DNA of 64,000 nucleotides from the NCBI RefSeq assembly GCF_036321535.1, contig NC_087437.1, forward strand, positions 84,136,001-84,200,000, written 5' to 3'. The notes under the pieces were generated by a model. That model was not told the origin of the DNA. It did no database searches and was given only the letters and a program-made list of their open reading frames with translations. Both the position numbers and the translations under genes were made by a program. Below, piece by piece: positions 25,951 through 38,803 of this stretch (positions are counted from its first letter, which is position 1; every line of letters begins with the position of its first letter). The stretch is from Camelus dromedarius. Its lineage: Eukaryota.

Positions 25951-27469
25951 CTAAAGTGCTGGTAAACATTCATTTGTGGGTAGCACTGAAAATAAGAAGT
26001 AAAGATTTTGGTTAAAGGAACAAGTTTAGGAATAAAAAGAAGATCTGTGAATTCTCAACATAAATATAGCTTGATAAAAGCACTACAGAGAAAAGTGGTA
26101 GGTAAAAATAAAAAAGGCAAAAAGCTCAGGATAAATCTTATGTTATATATATCAGAAGTTTTGTAGAAGTAGTATTAACAATCAACATAATAAGCATGTG
26201 ATATGAAAAAGAAGTAACTGATAAGGAAGCAAATCCAAATAGAGTCGAACTAACAACTGGTTAATAACCTTCAATTATTAAAAATTAATAGTCTTCACTC
26301 TAAAACACAAAGGAGGGAGGGATACTGAAATCAACCATGAGATCATTGTCACTAAAGAATGGTTCAGTAAAAGACTCATGATTAAAGTATAAATTAGAAA
26401 TGACCAGGCAGAGATAAAGAAATGGAAGTAGAAACACATTTCCAAAAAACTATGGTAATGGTAAGGAAAGTAAATTTGAGGAAACATCTATCTTCATAAA
26501 AAACATTTGTTAGAATAAGTTGAAGGACATTAGCACAAAATAATCGTTAATTCTTATGACGAATGAATGATCGGGGGGTTAAGATGGTTTGCTCTTATGT
26601 GGTAGATCTGAGTTATAGAATGAGATGTTAAATTAGAACAGAAAAATCTGGGGATTAGAAGATATTTTATTATATATCAAAGCCAAAGCATTTTCTAATT
26701 TAAATATATGTAACATGGGAAGAAAAGTGAGCCTATAAGAAATAGTGAAGGCTGTTAAATTTTACCAGACTGCTCTCAACATACAGTGATAGGAGTTTAT
26801 GAACTTTAACACTTATTACATCTTAAAGATTGTGAAAAAAGTTGTCAGTCAATACTGAATAAATCTAATGGTATGTAGCAGCAGTTTTGACAATATAAGA
26901 GAACAAAGAAATATGCTTACAGATTGTGCCACAGGTCAAAGATTAAAGTAAGTTTTCATGAGTATTTGTATTTTACGGGTGTTACTTGCAAGGCCATCCA
27001 TTCTTATAGGCAACTAGTAGATCCTGAACAAAGTTAATAGCATAAACAGTGGAATTTTATACTAAAGTGAAAAGCAATAAATTATTTGCACTGAAACTAA
27101 ACACAGGTTTTCTAAATGCAAGCTTTAAAAAGACTACACATGGCCAGTACCCTAACAGCACAGATTATTGATAAAGCAGGTGAAAAAACTGAACATAGCT
27201 GACAAACTGATACTGGAAACAAAGAGTCAAACAAATAGAGCAAATTCCAAATAGAGTGAAACTAACAACAGGTTAAAAATGGTAAAAAGTAAATTACATT
27301 TAGTGAATCTTTTTATTTTAATACTCAATATTCATGAAAAAGTACTATATATAAAATAAATGACATTAAAAATCAAATGAAATAAATAACTTAGGCTATT
27401 TCCACATTTGTCTGTTTTCTACATGTATAAATCCCATGTCTAATTCATAAATGTTTTGTAATAGTGTTT

Positions 27470-28300
27470 TTACATTTTTAAAATATTAAAAATTATATGT
27501 TCATTTTTGAAAATTGGAAATGTATACAATGTGAAATAAATCACATGATATCCCAATACACAAAGATAAATATCTAATAATCTGATAAATTTTCTTTCAG
27601 AATTTTTGATGCAAATGTTTAACTATTGTTCTAGGTTGATATATAAATTTTGTTTCCTAAATTTTTCTTTTATCAAGATGTAGTTAGCATTTTCTCCTAT
27701 CATTAATTGTAAAACATAATTTTAATGGAAGCGTGCATATTTCACTACCATTATGTCAATAAACAATCTCTTACATTTGGACATCTAGATTTTTTTCTTT
27801 TAAAATAATATTATAGTAAACATAAGTTCTAGTCTATATCTGTGCATATTCTTAGAATAGAAGTGGAATCAGATGGTCAAAGTGTATGAACTATTGAAAG
27901 TTTCTTGCTACACTGGCAAAGGACAGGACTATATTGTCCTGAAATAGTTATTTATATTCACATCAGAAGTAAAGTGTGTCAGTTTCAACTGACCCTGGCC
28001 AAAAAAAGAAAAAAATAAGCATTTAAAAAATCTGCATTAGTTGATAGGGAGAAATAGTTATCTCACAAATTTATGTTTGATTATAGTGAGTTTGAACATT
28101 TTTATTATACCTATTAGCTTTTCTTTTAATGTTTGTTGGAATTGTCTGTTTTTGTCCTTTGATTTTCAGTCGGGACGGTACTATTTTTAAAGTAATTTAT
28201 AAAAGCTGTTTGCATTTTAAAATCTTTAACACTTCATCTTTAAAGTTATAATTTGTTTTTAGTTGTTCTTATAATTTCTGGGAGATATTTTTAAAATTTT
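27470..28300 (-). mobile_element. Old L1ME-like fragment
   Basis: 'ttggacatctagatttt...tagaagtggaatcagatggtcaaagtgtatgaac...gtgagtttgaacattttt'. Confidence 0.55.
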
Positions 28301-30209
28301 ATCAGTTTGTGCCTCACTTCAGTAGACTCACTCATCCTATATTAATTAGTATCTCTGTTAAACTACTGATTAGACCAAGAGTATTTTGAAAATTCTGCTT
28401 ATTATGTTTTCACTCGTGTGCCAATTTATCAAAAATGTTTTCTTTCTAAATACAATAGTGGCATCTTATTGAGGAAAACAAAACTACAGCAAAACACCTC
28501 CACTTTAAATAAAAATAGTAGACACAAAACTATAGCAAAATTCCTCCAGTTTTTAAAAAAGAGCAGGTCATTATTTTTGAAAGTCTGTTTCTCAGCTTAC
28601 AGTATAAATATAACTATGAAAGTATATAATGCATAGGTCTATGCATTTTTGTCACAAATGGTCAAATTAATAAATATATACACATGTACACTTTATATAA
28701 AAGCATACTATATATTCTTAAATTGACAGTTTAGGAGAATGTTCATTTCTCAGTGTAAGTTGGGTTTTTTTTAGTTCCATTTGTGAAATGCCCAGACGTC
28801 ATCAGCTATATTTCTACAGACCTAGTAATTTCTATTCTTATTACTATTCTACATTTGTAAACAATCCGAAGTTCACTACACACCCTCTTTAAGTATTATT
28901 TTTCTGATGTCTTTTGTATAAATAGTGATGAAAACAATTTTGGAGCATTCTCTGGCTGTAGATGAGGAAAACTACATCTTTCTGAGGTCAGTTGATTTGG
29001 AAAATAGACTCATTACAAAGAGCACAAAAGTATATGAAAAGGCTTCCATATTCTGCCATTGATTTGCCCCCTCTCTCTGCACACACATACAGACTGTTAA
29101 CATGGATATACACTGAAGACTGTATTATCTTTAAAATATGGCACATAGTGAGCACTGGTATATTAATTAATTTACTCACTGTCACAAAAGGAGAGAAATA
29201 TAATCTCTATCCACTACACATGGTGTCATGTAAAATGTGTTTTTCATAACAATAAATATAAAACTGAAAAAATCTTTTGCCTTCACTCAGGAAAAGAAAA
29301 ATATGTTATAGTGCTATAGATTCTCTAAAAGTTAAACATATCATTATTGCCTTTAAAAGTGAGGCACAAAACCTAGAAGTCCCATAATATTTAAATTATT
29401 GCAGTAGTAAAAATATGACCCATAAATGTCAACGTTTAAATGGAAAATTAGAAAGAAAAATATTTGGGAGATGTGACATCTAATTACCCAGTTCTGCTAA
29501 TCACATATCAATATAAAAATTATCTTTATTTTTAAGTGAACAGAAATTCATACTGGTAAAAAAATTATGTAAAATATATGTGTCATACCTCATCTGTTAA
29601 AATTCTCTTCTGCTCTTTTGATTCTGTATAATTTAAGCTTCTCAAAATTGGTTTCATTTCCCCCTCTCTTTACTAACTAATGTAATTCCCATGTTTTGCC
29701 TTGAAGCTGCAGACTGTCCTAATTCATCAAGAAAGAAATACCAAAAAATTAAGAAATAAAATTCCTTTCCTCCACTATAGGTGCAGAAAAGCAGACATCA
29801 TTCTACATCTTAAAATGCATTCTGATAACATGGTATATTGAGAACATTCCCAAAAGTATCAACTGTACTCCTCAGTCTACTATGGAGACCTGCATAAGAA
29901 TGTATAATCCTGTTCTGTTGCCAATTATTAAACAGTACTTGGAAGTTTTGTTTGAACTGGGAAGACATTTTAGATAACCAGAGCTCAGAGAATGATGTTG
30001 TGACTTTTGAAATGTAAACAATAATTTCTCAAAGTTTGCAACTCTGCTTTATTGTTTACCGTTTTTGTTGATCCCTATAATCATATTTATCCCTGTTTCC
30101 TTACAGGTATAAGAAATGAAAGTTTTGGGATTTTCTTCTTCTTTAATTAATATAAATTTTGTGACTCTACTAAATTTATTATTCAAATAAAAAATAACTG
30201 ATTAAAAAC

Positions 30210-30600
30210 TTTAATCAGTAATAGGCAGATGAATAAAGGGTATGAACAGATCTTCATAAAAGAAAAATATAAATGACCAATAAACATTTTGAAAACTACA
30301 CAATTTTGCTAGAACTCAAATAAATGTAAATTAACCAAATAGTGAGATACTGATTTTTCTTTTTGAATCTGGCATACATTTTCCTTTAAAATAACAATTT
30401 ACACTTCTATCAAAGGGGGAGGCAAGTCATAAGCTTACCCATAAGTGGATTATCAATAGCAATAATCTTTCATACACACACTTACAACAGAGATATTAAC
30501 GTAGGATGAGTGAGTCTACTGAAATAGGGCATAAACTATTTTACCATAAACTCTTACAAATTGTCTGGATATTGTTTTATGAAGAGGACATATTACTAAT
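30210..30600 (+). mobile_element. Old L1ME-like fragment
   Basis: 'aaagggtatgaacagatcttcataaaagaaaaatataaatgaccaataaacat' resembles the L1 ORF2 3' region. Confidence 0.55.
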
Positions 30601-30768
30601 ATTGTTTTAAAATTCGCTTCTAAAAAGCTTAACCGATTCCCAAGATATTAACAGACGGTATTAGACACAGTTTCCCTTGTATAGTCAAAATAAAGTATCA
30701 CCTTTCTTAAAGTAAAACCTGAAGTTTCTTTTCAGAAATAAGAAGAGGGTATTGTCTGGTTCCCTTGC

Positions 30769-31133
30769 TGTCTTAGTCAGTTTGGGCTGCTATAACAGAA
30801 TACCACAGACTGGGTGACTTAAACAACTAATGATTATTTTTCACAGTTCTGGAGGCTGAAAATCTGCAATCAAGGTGCCAGCATGACTGGGTTCTTGGTG
30901 CGGGCCCTCTTCCTGGTTTATAGACAGCCTCCTTCTTGCTGTAGCCTCACAAAATGGAGAGAGACATCATCTCTCTCCTATCTCTTCTTATAAGGGCACT
31001 AATTCTGTTCATGAGGGCTCCACCCTCAATACCTAATTACTTTCCAAAGGATCCACCTCCAAGTGCTATCATTTTGGGAATTAGGGCTTCAACATATGAA
31101 TTTTGAGGAGACACAACTATTCAGGCCATAGCG
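30769..31133 (-). mobile_element. MaLR solo LTR, MLT1A/MLT1A0, with a perfect 5-bp target-site duplication (TSD) CTTGC
   Basis: 'tgtcttagtcagtttgggctgctataacagaataccacagactggg...aacatatgaattttgaggagacaca...ccatagc'; CTTGC at 30764-30768 and 31134-31138. Confidence 0.92.
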
Positions 31134-32185
31134 CTTGCCTTATACTGTATTTATTCCCAGTTGGTGATCTAGAAATATAGTGAAACTAGGAAACTGAATA
31201 ATAGGACTGATTAGTTAATTTTTCTCCTTCATGATATCACCACACCTTGGATCTCTCTCAAGCAGAACTTATCTTCAAGTGAAGAAATCATTCTAACAGT
31301 CAGAAATTCCAGATTGAGTGAAAGAGATGTCTGAGTTAGTCTTGATTTGAGGAAATAATTGTGTATTATTTCCTTAAATCTCTTTTGCTAACAGTCATTT
31401 TAAATGTTCTGATCCCCCTGCCCCCCTCCCCCAAAAAACAGGCAATATTCAAAAGAAGATTAGAGGGGAGCTTATATAGCATTACTTTAATATAGAAATT
31501 CTCTTCATTCCATATGGTATTGATCAAAAAGAAACATGGAATAGAGAAAAAGAAATATGGACTGAGTTTGATGAAATATATACAATTTGCTGCCAAGGAT
31601 TCTCTGTTCTGATTGGGGGAGGAGGTAATCTCAATTTACAGATTTAACAGTATACATCCATAGTTTCTTATTTTGAATCATATGTGGTGTGGAGTGAATC
31701 CTCTCCTCATAAAAAACATAACAGAAGATAGGATAGATACAAGAGGACACTTTGCTCTACTATGCTGCAAGCAGTTATAGCATTTTTGATGTCAAAGTTA
31801 ATCTGAAGCCTGGAGTAGAAGACTCACATGCTATGAGCAAAACACACGTCACAGTAGGCTCCTGCACCTAAGAAGAACTTCATGGTTAATTTAAGTGCTG
31901 ACTGGTACTGTGCCCAAGGGGGAAAACCTTAATACTCTTAAATTAATAAGTCTTTGATAACAGTTGACTTTCAGGCCACAAGTTGCCACTGACAGTGAGC
32001 AAATTATATTTCCCGGAATTATTATCAACATTATCTACATTAATTTATATAAAAATAAAATTTGTAAATTACTTACATTAATATATAGTTTTCTATTTAA
32101 AGCCCTCATAACTAACTGAATATTTTCAAGTTATGTCAATTAGTTATCATCATCTAACCTGTGATTCTCAATTAGTTTCTGTCCC

Positions 32186-32599
32186 TTTGTTAGCTTTCTA
32201 GGGCTGCCATAACAAAGTATCACAAACTGGATAGTTTAAACAACAAAAATGTCTTATCTCATAGTTCTGGAGACTAGGATTCCTGAATCTAAGTGTCTTC
32301 AAGATTGGTTCCTTCTAAGGGCTGTGAGGGAGAAACTTCCATGACTCCCTCCTAGTTCCTTGGCTTATAAATGGTGTTATTCTTGTGTCTTCACATCATC
32401 TTCCCTTGTGAGTGACTGCTTCTGCGTCCAAATCCTTTTTGTATAAAGATACAAGTCATACTGGATTTGGGCTCACCCTAATGATCTCATCTTAACTTGA
32501 TAATCTGCAAAGACTCTGTTTCTAAATAAGGTCACCTTCACAGGTACTGGGAATTAGGACTCTACCATCTTTTTAGGGGATCCAACTAAACCCATAACC
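32186..32599 (-). mobile_element. MaLR solo LTR, MLT1B/C-like
   Basis: 'tagggctgccataacaaagtatcacaaactgg...ctgcaaagactctgtttctaaataaggtcac...aacccataac'. Confidence 0.85.
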
Positions 32600-33694
32600 A
32601 TTCCTAAATGCTGGAGAAAAAAGACAGTCTCCTATAAATAACACTGCTTACTTCAATTATTTTTATCATAGGAGTACAAAATGGTCAGGAGTAAAAAGAG
32701 TAGCAAACTGAAGAAGGAATAGAGGTGTATACATGAAGTTTCAAAAGAATGGCCTAGGGTATTATAAACCACAATATCCACTTAGGAAAGTCTCCCCACC
32801 TTGTTAGAATCACTGACAAAAAGTGGATCTAATTCCTTTTTCCTAGTGGGAGATGTCCAAATTAATTATGGGGAAAATAATCACCATAATTACCCTTAAA
32901 GTTCTAGAATATAAAAGTTCTATCAATTAATGGCAAACATGTCATAGGTTTCCTTGGTAAGCCAGTTAAACCATACCATTTATCTATTTCATTAATTAAT
33001 CTATTATTTGACAGGCAATGTTGAGGTCATAGTCAATGTATCAGGCACTGATAAGGCACCGTGGACACAAAGACACAGTGATCACTTTCTCTCCCCTGGA
33101 TGAAACTGTAGCTTAGGTTATTCAGCCTACCCAGAAGACCTGTTTTCCTACAAAGTTAACTTTGAGCATTAGCTTTCAAACTATTCTCTACTTTGACACA
33201 CATGCAAGATGATCCTCGCATGCATAAAACATTCCTATGGATATTTAAAACCATTTTCAAAATGCCAAATAATGTTAGAGTAAAAACACTACAGTAATTC
33301 AAACTTATCACCATGTTAATATTTCCTGAGAAATAGTCACTGATACTATACCGATTATTTATAATGGTTCTTATTCTCCCACATGGGAATATGTGTGAAT
33401 ATATCAGAGATATGATGTTGTTAGGTCTATAATATTTTATAAGAAAATTATTTGTAGACCTCAGTAATTTACTAGTAGTAAGAGAAACCAGTATATCAAG
33501 AAGTCAAGGTTGACCTCCTCTGGTTCAGAGAATGGGAGTGCTATTCGTAGCCCCCATGGCCTTCCATCTCCAATTCCCCCAACTCCAAGTCCTGACATAA
33601 CAGCCTCGTTTTAGGAAAATGCTGCATGTTATGTATCTATTTAGCCCAAAACACTGCCAATTATAAAATACAGAATACATATGTTGTTTAATTT

Positions 33695-34030
33695 TGCTCA
33701 TTCATATTTAAGCAATATTTATTTAGTGGTGACTATTTTCCAGGCACTCAGTATATGCCCTCACAGAATTACATAGTAGTCAAAGGATAGATGGAATAAA
33801 CAAATAAGCAAATGGATGATAAACATAATCTCAGTTTTCAAGGAACTCAAAAAAAGATACCATAGAGTAATTTGGGTAGTGGGGGTGGGAGGGAAGTTCT
33901 TTTAGATCATACAGCCAAGGAAGGTTTTTCTGACATGTGGTCTAAGTCAAGAAGAATGAGAGGCAGTCATGCCACATCCATGGCAGGGCATCCCAGTAAA
34001 AGGATGAGCAAGAGCAAGACCACGTGGTCT
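33695..34030 (-). mobile_element. L2 3' region
   Basis: 'tcattcat...caatatttatttagtg...ccaggcact...tgccctcacagaatt...gcatcccagtaaaaggatgagcaagagcaa'. Confidence 0.6.
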
Positions 34031-34889
34031 GAAAGAGCTAGGGAGGTGGGAGAAACAGAGGCCATACTTCTTAGAAACACTGTTGTTATCATTACACAGA
34101 GAAAAAATATTATTAGTATGCACCTTTTTTCTCTATTTTTTCCTATTAATTACATGTTGAATTATTCTTAATAACCATGAAGTACATCCTATTAGTAACT
34201 ATTTTTAAATGTTCAAACTTTAAGAATGAGTAATTTAAAACATATTTTAAACCTATTTTTGATGTAATAATATATTTTATTCAAAACAGATGTTTACTTT
34301 GGCAGAAACACTTTACAGCTGTTATGTGCTACATCATTAGACTCCCAAATAAATACTATTTGGGGAAATCCTTAAGTGGATTACTTCCTAATAAATAGTT
34401 AGAGCTCCTTTCCTAAAGAAGGTGGCAAAGTTTCTAGAATTCTCCTAACTTTAGAAAAGCTCTCACTTTTTCTTTTAGTGATACTTAAATCATTATATGG
34501 AAATACCTTCCTTAGAGTTTCAGTAAAGAGTATCTTCCTCTCACTCAACACACACATACATGTATGTTTGTGTATGTGCACATATATGCACACATATATT
34601 CAGTATGAGCAATGTATGCATATAGATATACAAACACATATATACCCTCCTGAAAACTGATTTCTTTATTTTCAGGCAGGGAGTACTATTTCTTTTTACT
34701 TGCAAGCTATTAATAATGGGAATGCATACATCTAAGCCCTTCTGGTAAAGGTGCTTCTGGAAAAGGCATTTTTTATTCATCTGTAGCTCACTGACTATTC
34801 TATTCTCACAGCTCTATTTCAAACCTTGAGCTTCTTTCTGTAAGCCTTTATTATCATCGCCCTACTGGCGGGCACGTCACAGACCTCTC

Positions 34890-35790
34890 TTAGTTTCCCT
34901 CCCTTCACCTCCATAGTTATCCAAAACATACCTTTGAAGCTTCCTCCTGCTTCAGAGGAAGAGATGCTTTAACTTCCTTTCACACTGAACACCTCTGCTT
35001 ATACTCCAGATCTTCTTTTAACCCTCTCCTGCAGCTTGTTCTGTCCTTTTCATTTAGGGTTTTAAATTCTCTTTTTCCATGGCTCTTTCCATCACACATA
35101 AAGATACTTAAGTACAGTTTTTCCACCATTAAATAAATTTTCTTTTATCCATGACTCCTTATTGAGCCAGTGCCACTTATCTCTCTCGGCACATTTCAGA
35201 AATCAGCCTTCTCAACTCCCACAACTTACTCCCTTCCCTATAGAAAGGGTTGTCTCAAAGATTAATTTAATTGGCCTAAGTTGTCAATGGCTTATTCTCA
35301 AGCCTCAGTGTACTTTATCTCTCAGCAATAATTGAGAATGTCAATCGTCCCAGCTTCTGGAAAGTCTCTGCCCTTGTACTGTCCTACTACACACTATCCT
35401 TGACTTGATTATGCCACTTGGTTGTGTTTCTTACATTCTTTGTCTTTCTTTTCTCTACCACCATTTCTTCTCTTCTGTATATATTTCCTGGGTAATTTCA
35501 GTCTTCATCATTTCTTCAACAATTACCTAGATCTTAGTGACTTTAACATTTGTTTACAGACTTCCCTTTTTTAGCATAAGATCCAACTGTCCAGCTTTCA
35601 CTTATTAATTATAATCTTTGTATCTTTCATTTTAAAATTAAAATGTGTAAGATGGAAAACAGGTTTCTCCCTCCTGAATTTGAAGCTCCTTAGATCATGA
35701 ATTATGTTTAGTCATAACTGTATTTCTGATGGAACACAATATTACCTAGTACATGGCAAACACTGAATAAATATTTGAACAAATCTAATA
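34890..35790 (+). mobile_element. Diverged L2 (internal pieces and 3' end)
   Basis: Pyrimidine-rich tract ending 'tgaagctccttag...tacctagtacatggcaaacactgaataaatatttgaac'. Confidence 0.5.
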
Positions 35791-38149
35791 TTCAAGGGAT
35801 TATATGATATAAATTTATGATATAAAGTATGCTACTTAGATGTTTTAAGTAGGATGAAAATTGGTAGTTAGCATAAAGTAAACAATAAACACTTTAGAAA
35901 TTTACCATTATTTACTCAAAGTATGTGAGGAAAAAAGAAAAAGAATTCCAAAATGGAAGATGTACTATGAAGAGGAAAAAAGCTTTTGATCTGGAAAACT
36001 GTACAGGCTTAAATACTATTCTGAAAGATCCTGGTACAAAAAAAAAAAAAAAAAAAAGCAAATTTTCCCTCTTGGCCTATTAAATTGTCAAACCAGGTGT
36101 CTGTTTCTTATTCTGTCTGCTCTTTTGGATCAATTTGCATTATCTGGTGAGGATTCCTTTCTTTTTAATACCTAGATGAGTCTTGCCTGCTACTGCACTG
36201 ATTTGGATATACTTTGGGAAACATTTGGAGCTTAGACGTGTAAAAACTTGATTTCTGAATTAGTTTCATTAAAACAAAAAATGAAAACACATACTTGTAA
36301 TTAGACTATATCCTGAAATCTCTACAGTTCCTAAATAGCTGACTAGATATTTGATGTGCTAAGAAGGCCTCAGTGAGGCAGCTTACTGCAAAATGTAGGG
36401 GAAGGTAATAGCCACAGACTTCTGTTTTGATAAGATAAACATATCTCCTTCTCTTGTCCCTTATCAACAGAAATCCATCCCATTTGGAACACTGGTATGT
36501 CTTCCGTAGGACTCACCTGGAAATATTTTATGAAACCCTCCTGTTTCCTAAGGTTCCTAAAACCTAGAAATCTCAAGACAAGTAGTCTGTTTCATAACTG
36601 AAGTCAACAGTATAAATGACTTTTTGATATTCAGATATATTAAAAAGCACATTTAATTCACATGTTGAGCAATCCCTACATCATTTCCATTACAGATGTT
36701 TGCACCTTAGGGATTGATTACTTTGTAAAAGTTATGCTTTCTTAAGTTTTTTTTTTTTTTCTTGTGTAGGTTCTATATAGGAGATTGCATCAGCAGAACA
36801 AATGGCAAAGAAGTTCCTGAAAAATTAGGTATTTTGACCATGGTAGATGGAGAAACACTCCTGATTAAAAACAGGTTACAAGGAATTAACAAGAGAAATA
36901 CATAAACTAGCTGTACTCCCTCCTTGACTCCATTTATTAGAAGTATAAAGATCATAAATTATAAAATGTTCACTCAAGTACCACATACACTCATTTAATG
37001 TGACAACAAAGATATACATAGCATACCTCAAGAAATTTGGCCTTGGGAAATATTACACATTGCCTTGAAATAATGTATTTCCCCAGTATTAGCCATCAGA
37101 GTCTAACTGTCTTGACATCAGAAACTGAGTTTTATAAGTTTTTAAACTTATTGCCTCATAAACAGTGAACACACAATAAGTTAACTATGAAACAAGTGCT
37201 GCACAAACCCCTTGAGTTTCACACACTTGAATTTTCTCTGAAGAGTAAGTGCATCTTACTCTTAAGAGATAATTTATTTCTAAACAGAAGGCATCTAACA
37301 TTTTATCTAAATAAAAATCACTCATTCAGAAGAAAGTCCCTTTGCCTTGATTAGGTAACATGCATATTTCACGGGTTCTACTTTAACATTTAACCAAGAG
37401 ATCTGATGTGATTATTTCAGTAACAATTGAATTTGAAATGTCAACTGTGTTCAGCATTTAAAAATTAATAGATAAAACCCTTTAAAGATCGGGAAAATTT
37501 TGTTCAGGCTGACAATAATTTTATATCTTTCTGAATCTCCTTGTGCATTGTTTGCATATATTAAACTGTTCTGAATAATGCACTCCCTAGAAAGGCCCAT
37601 TAGTTCAAAGAATTTTGACAGTCACAGCTCAAAGTATTAATTTCCATACCAGGTATATATATTTTTGATTGGCAGTAAATTTTTCAAACTCAAATATACT
37701 TTACCTAAACTGTGAGTATATACATTTTGAATAGGCTATAGCAGTAAACAACCATGAAAAAAAAAGATAACTTAATCAAGCTCTTTCTGCTTCCTATTTA
37801 TTTGCTTGCCGGGAAAAGAACAGTCATTAATTAAAAAAGGAATCCTGAAGCAGCAATCATGGTGAAACAAATGTGGCTGGAGGAAGCGGGGCTGTGCAGG
37901 GCTGGAGTTTCCCTAAGAGTAGACATTATAGCAACTCTGAGCATGAGAGGGAGAAATAAAAACACCTGATACGTAATTTTAAAAACATAAATAGGAAAAC
38001 CTTGGCCAACATCATTTGTTGGTATTAGAAGCATTCCACACTTAAATGAGATTAATGAAGATATCATTATTTCTGAATGGCACCGAAAAGAATAGAAACT
38101 TCTGTGGGCTATCAAGACAATTTTGGCAAAATCTAAAATGATTTGTTCA

Positions 38150-38410
38150 GCTATTCATTCAAGAAACACTTATTGTTGACATCCTACTATGTGCCAGCTA
38201 CTGTGCAAGGTACTCAGAGAGCAAAAATAAGTCTCTGTCCTCTTGAAGCTTAGTTTAGTGGGCAATATAGGCTTAATCAAATACTGAGTATTAATATATA
38301 ATTACAAATTAAGATGCTAAGAAGGAAAGGAAGCTGGCTCTTTGAGAGCATTTTTCAAGAAAGGAATCTGTCTAGGATTGCTGGGTGAAGGTGAATTTCT
38401 CTGAAAGCTG
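38150..38410 (-). mobile_element. L2 3' end
   Basis: 'attcattcaagaaacacttattg...cctactatgtgccagctactgtgcaagg'. Confidence 0.7.
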
Positions 38411-38803
38411 GACAGAAGGATACCTTTAATCACTGCTCATTTTATTTATACATTGGGCTCAAGTCAGGGTAAAATCTGATATTCACACTCTGCCACATAC
38501 GGTTCTAAGAGGTTATGGGTTTTATATGAATTGACATTTAAAGAAAAATAGAGCTAACTCCATGACAAAGTGTACAAATTTTCTTCCTTGGATTTCTCTC
38601 TAGAATCTCAAGGTGTATGTAGAAAGTCAGCACTTGGACAGCTATTTTCATATAGAGCTGGATCCAGAGCCAAGATTCTTTCACAGATTTGGGAGTTCAT
38701 ACCATGGTATCCCATAGGCCCTTGGTCCTTGTGTCCATAACCTTCTGACCTTGGTTTCCCTCTCCAACATCATTCACAATAACTTCACTGTCACTCTGTA
38801 ATC

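Noticed and set aside
30091..30113. Recursive-splice-like site tttccttacag|gtataag
   Set aside because: The reconstituted donor GTATAA is weak and no host gene is established.
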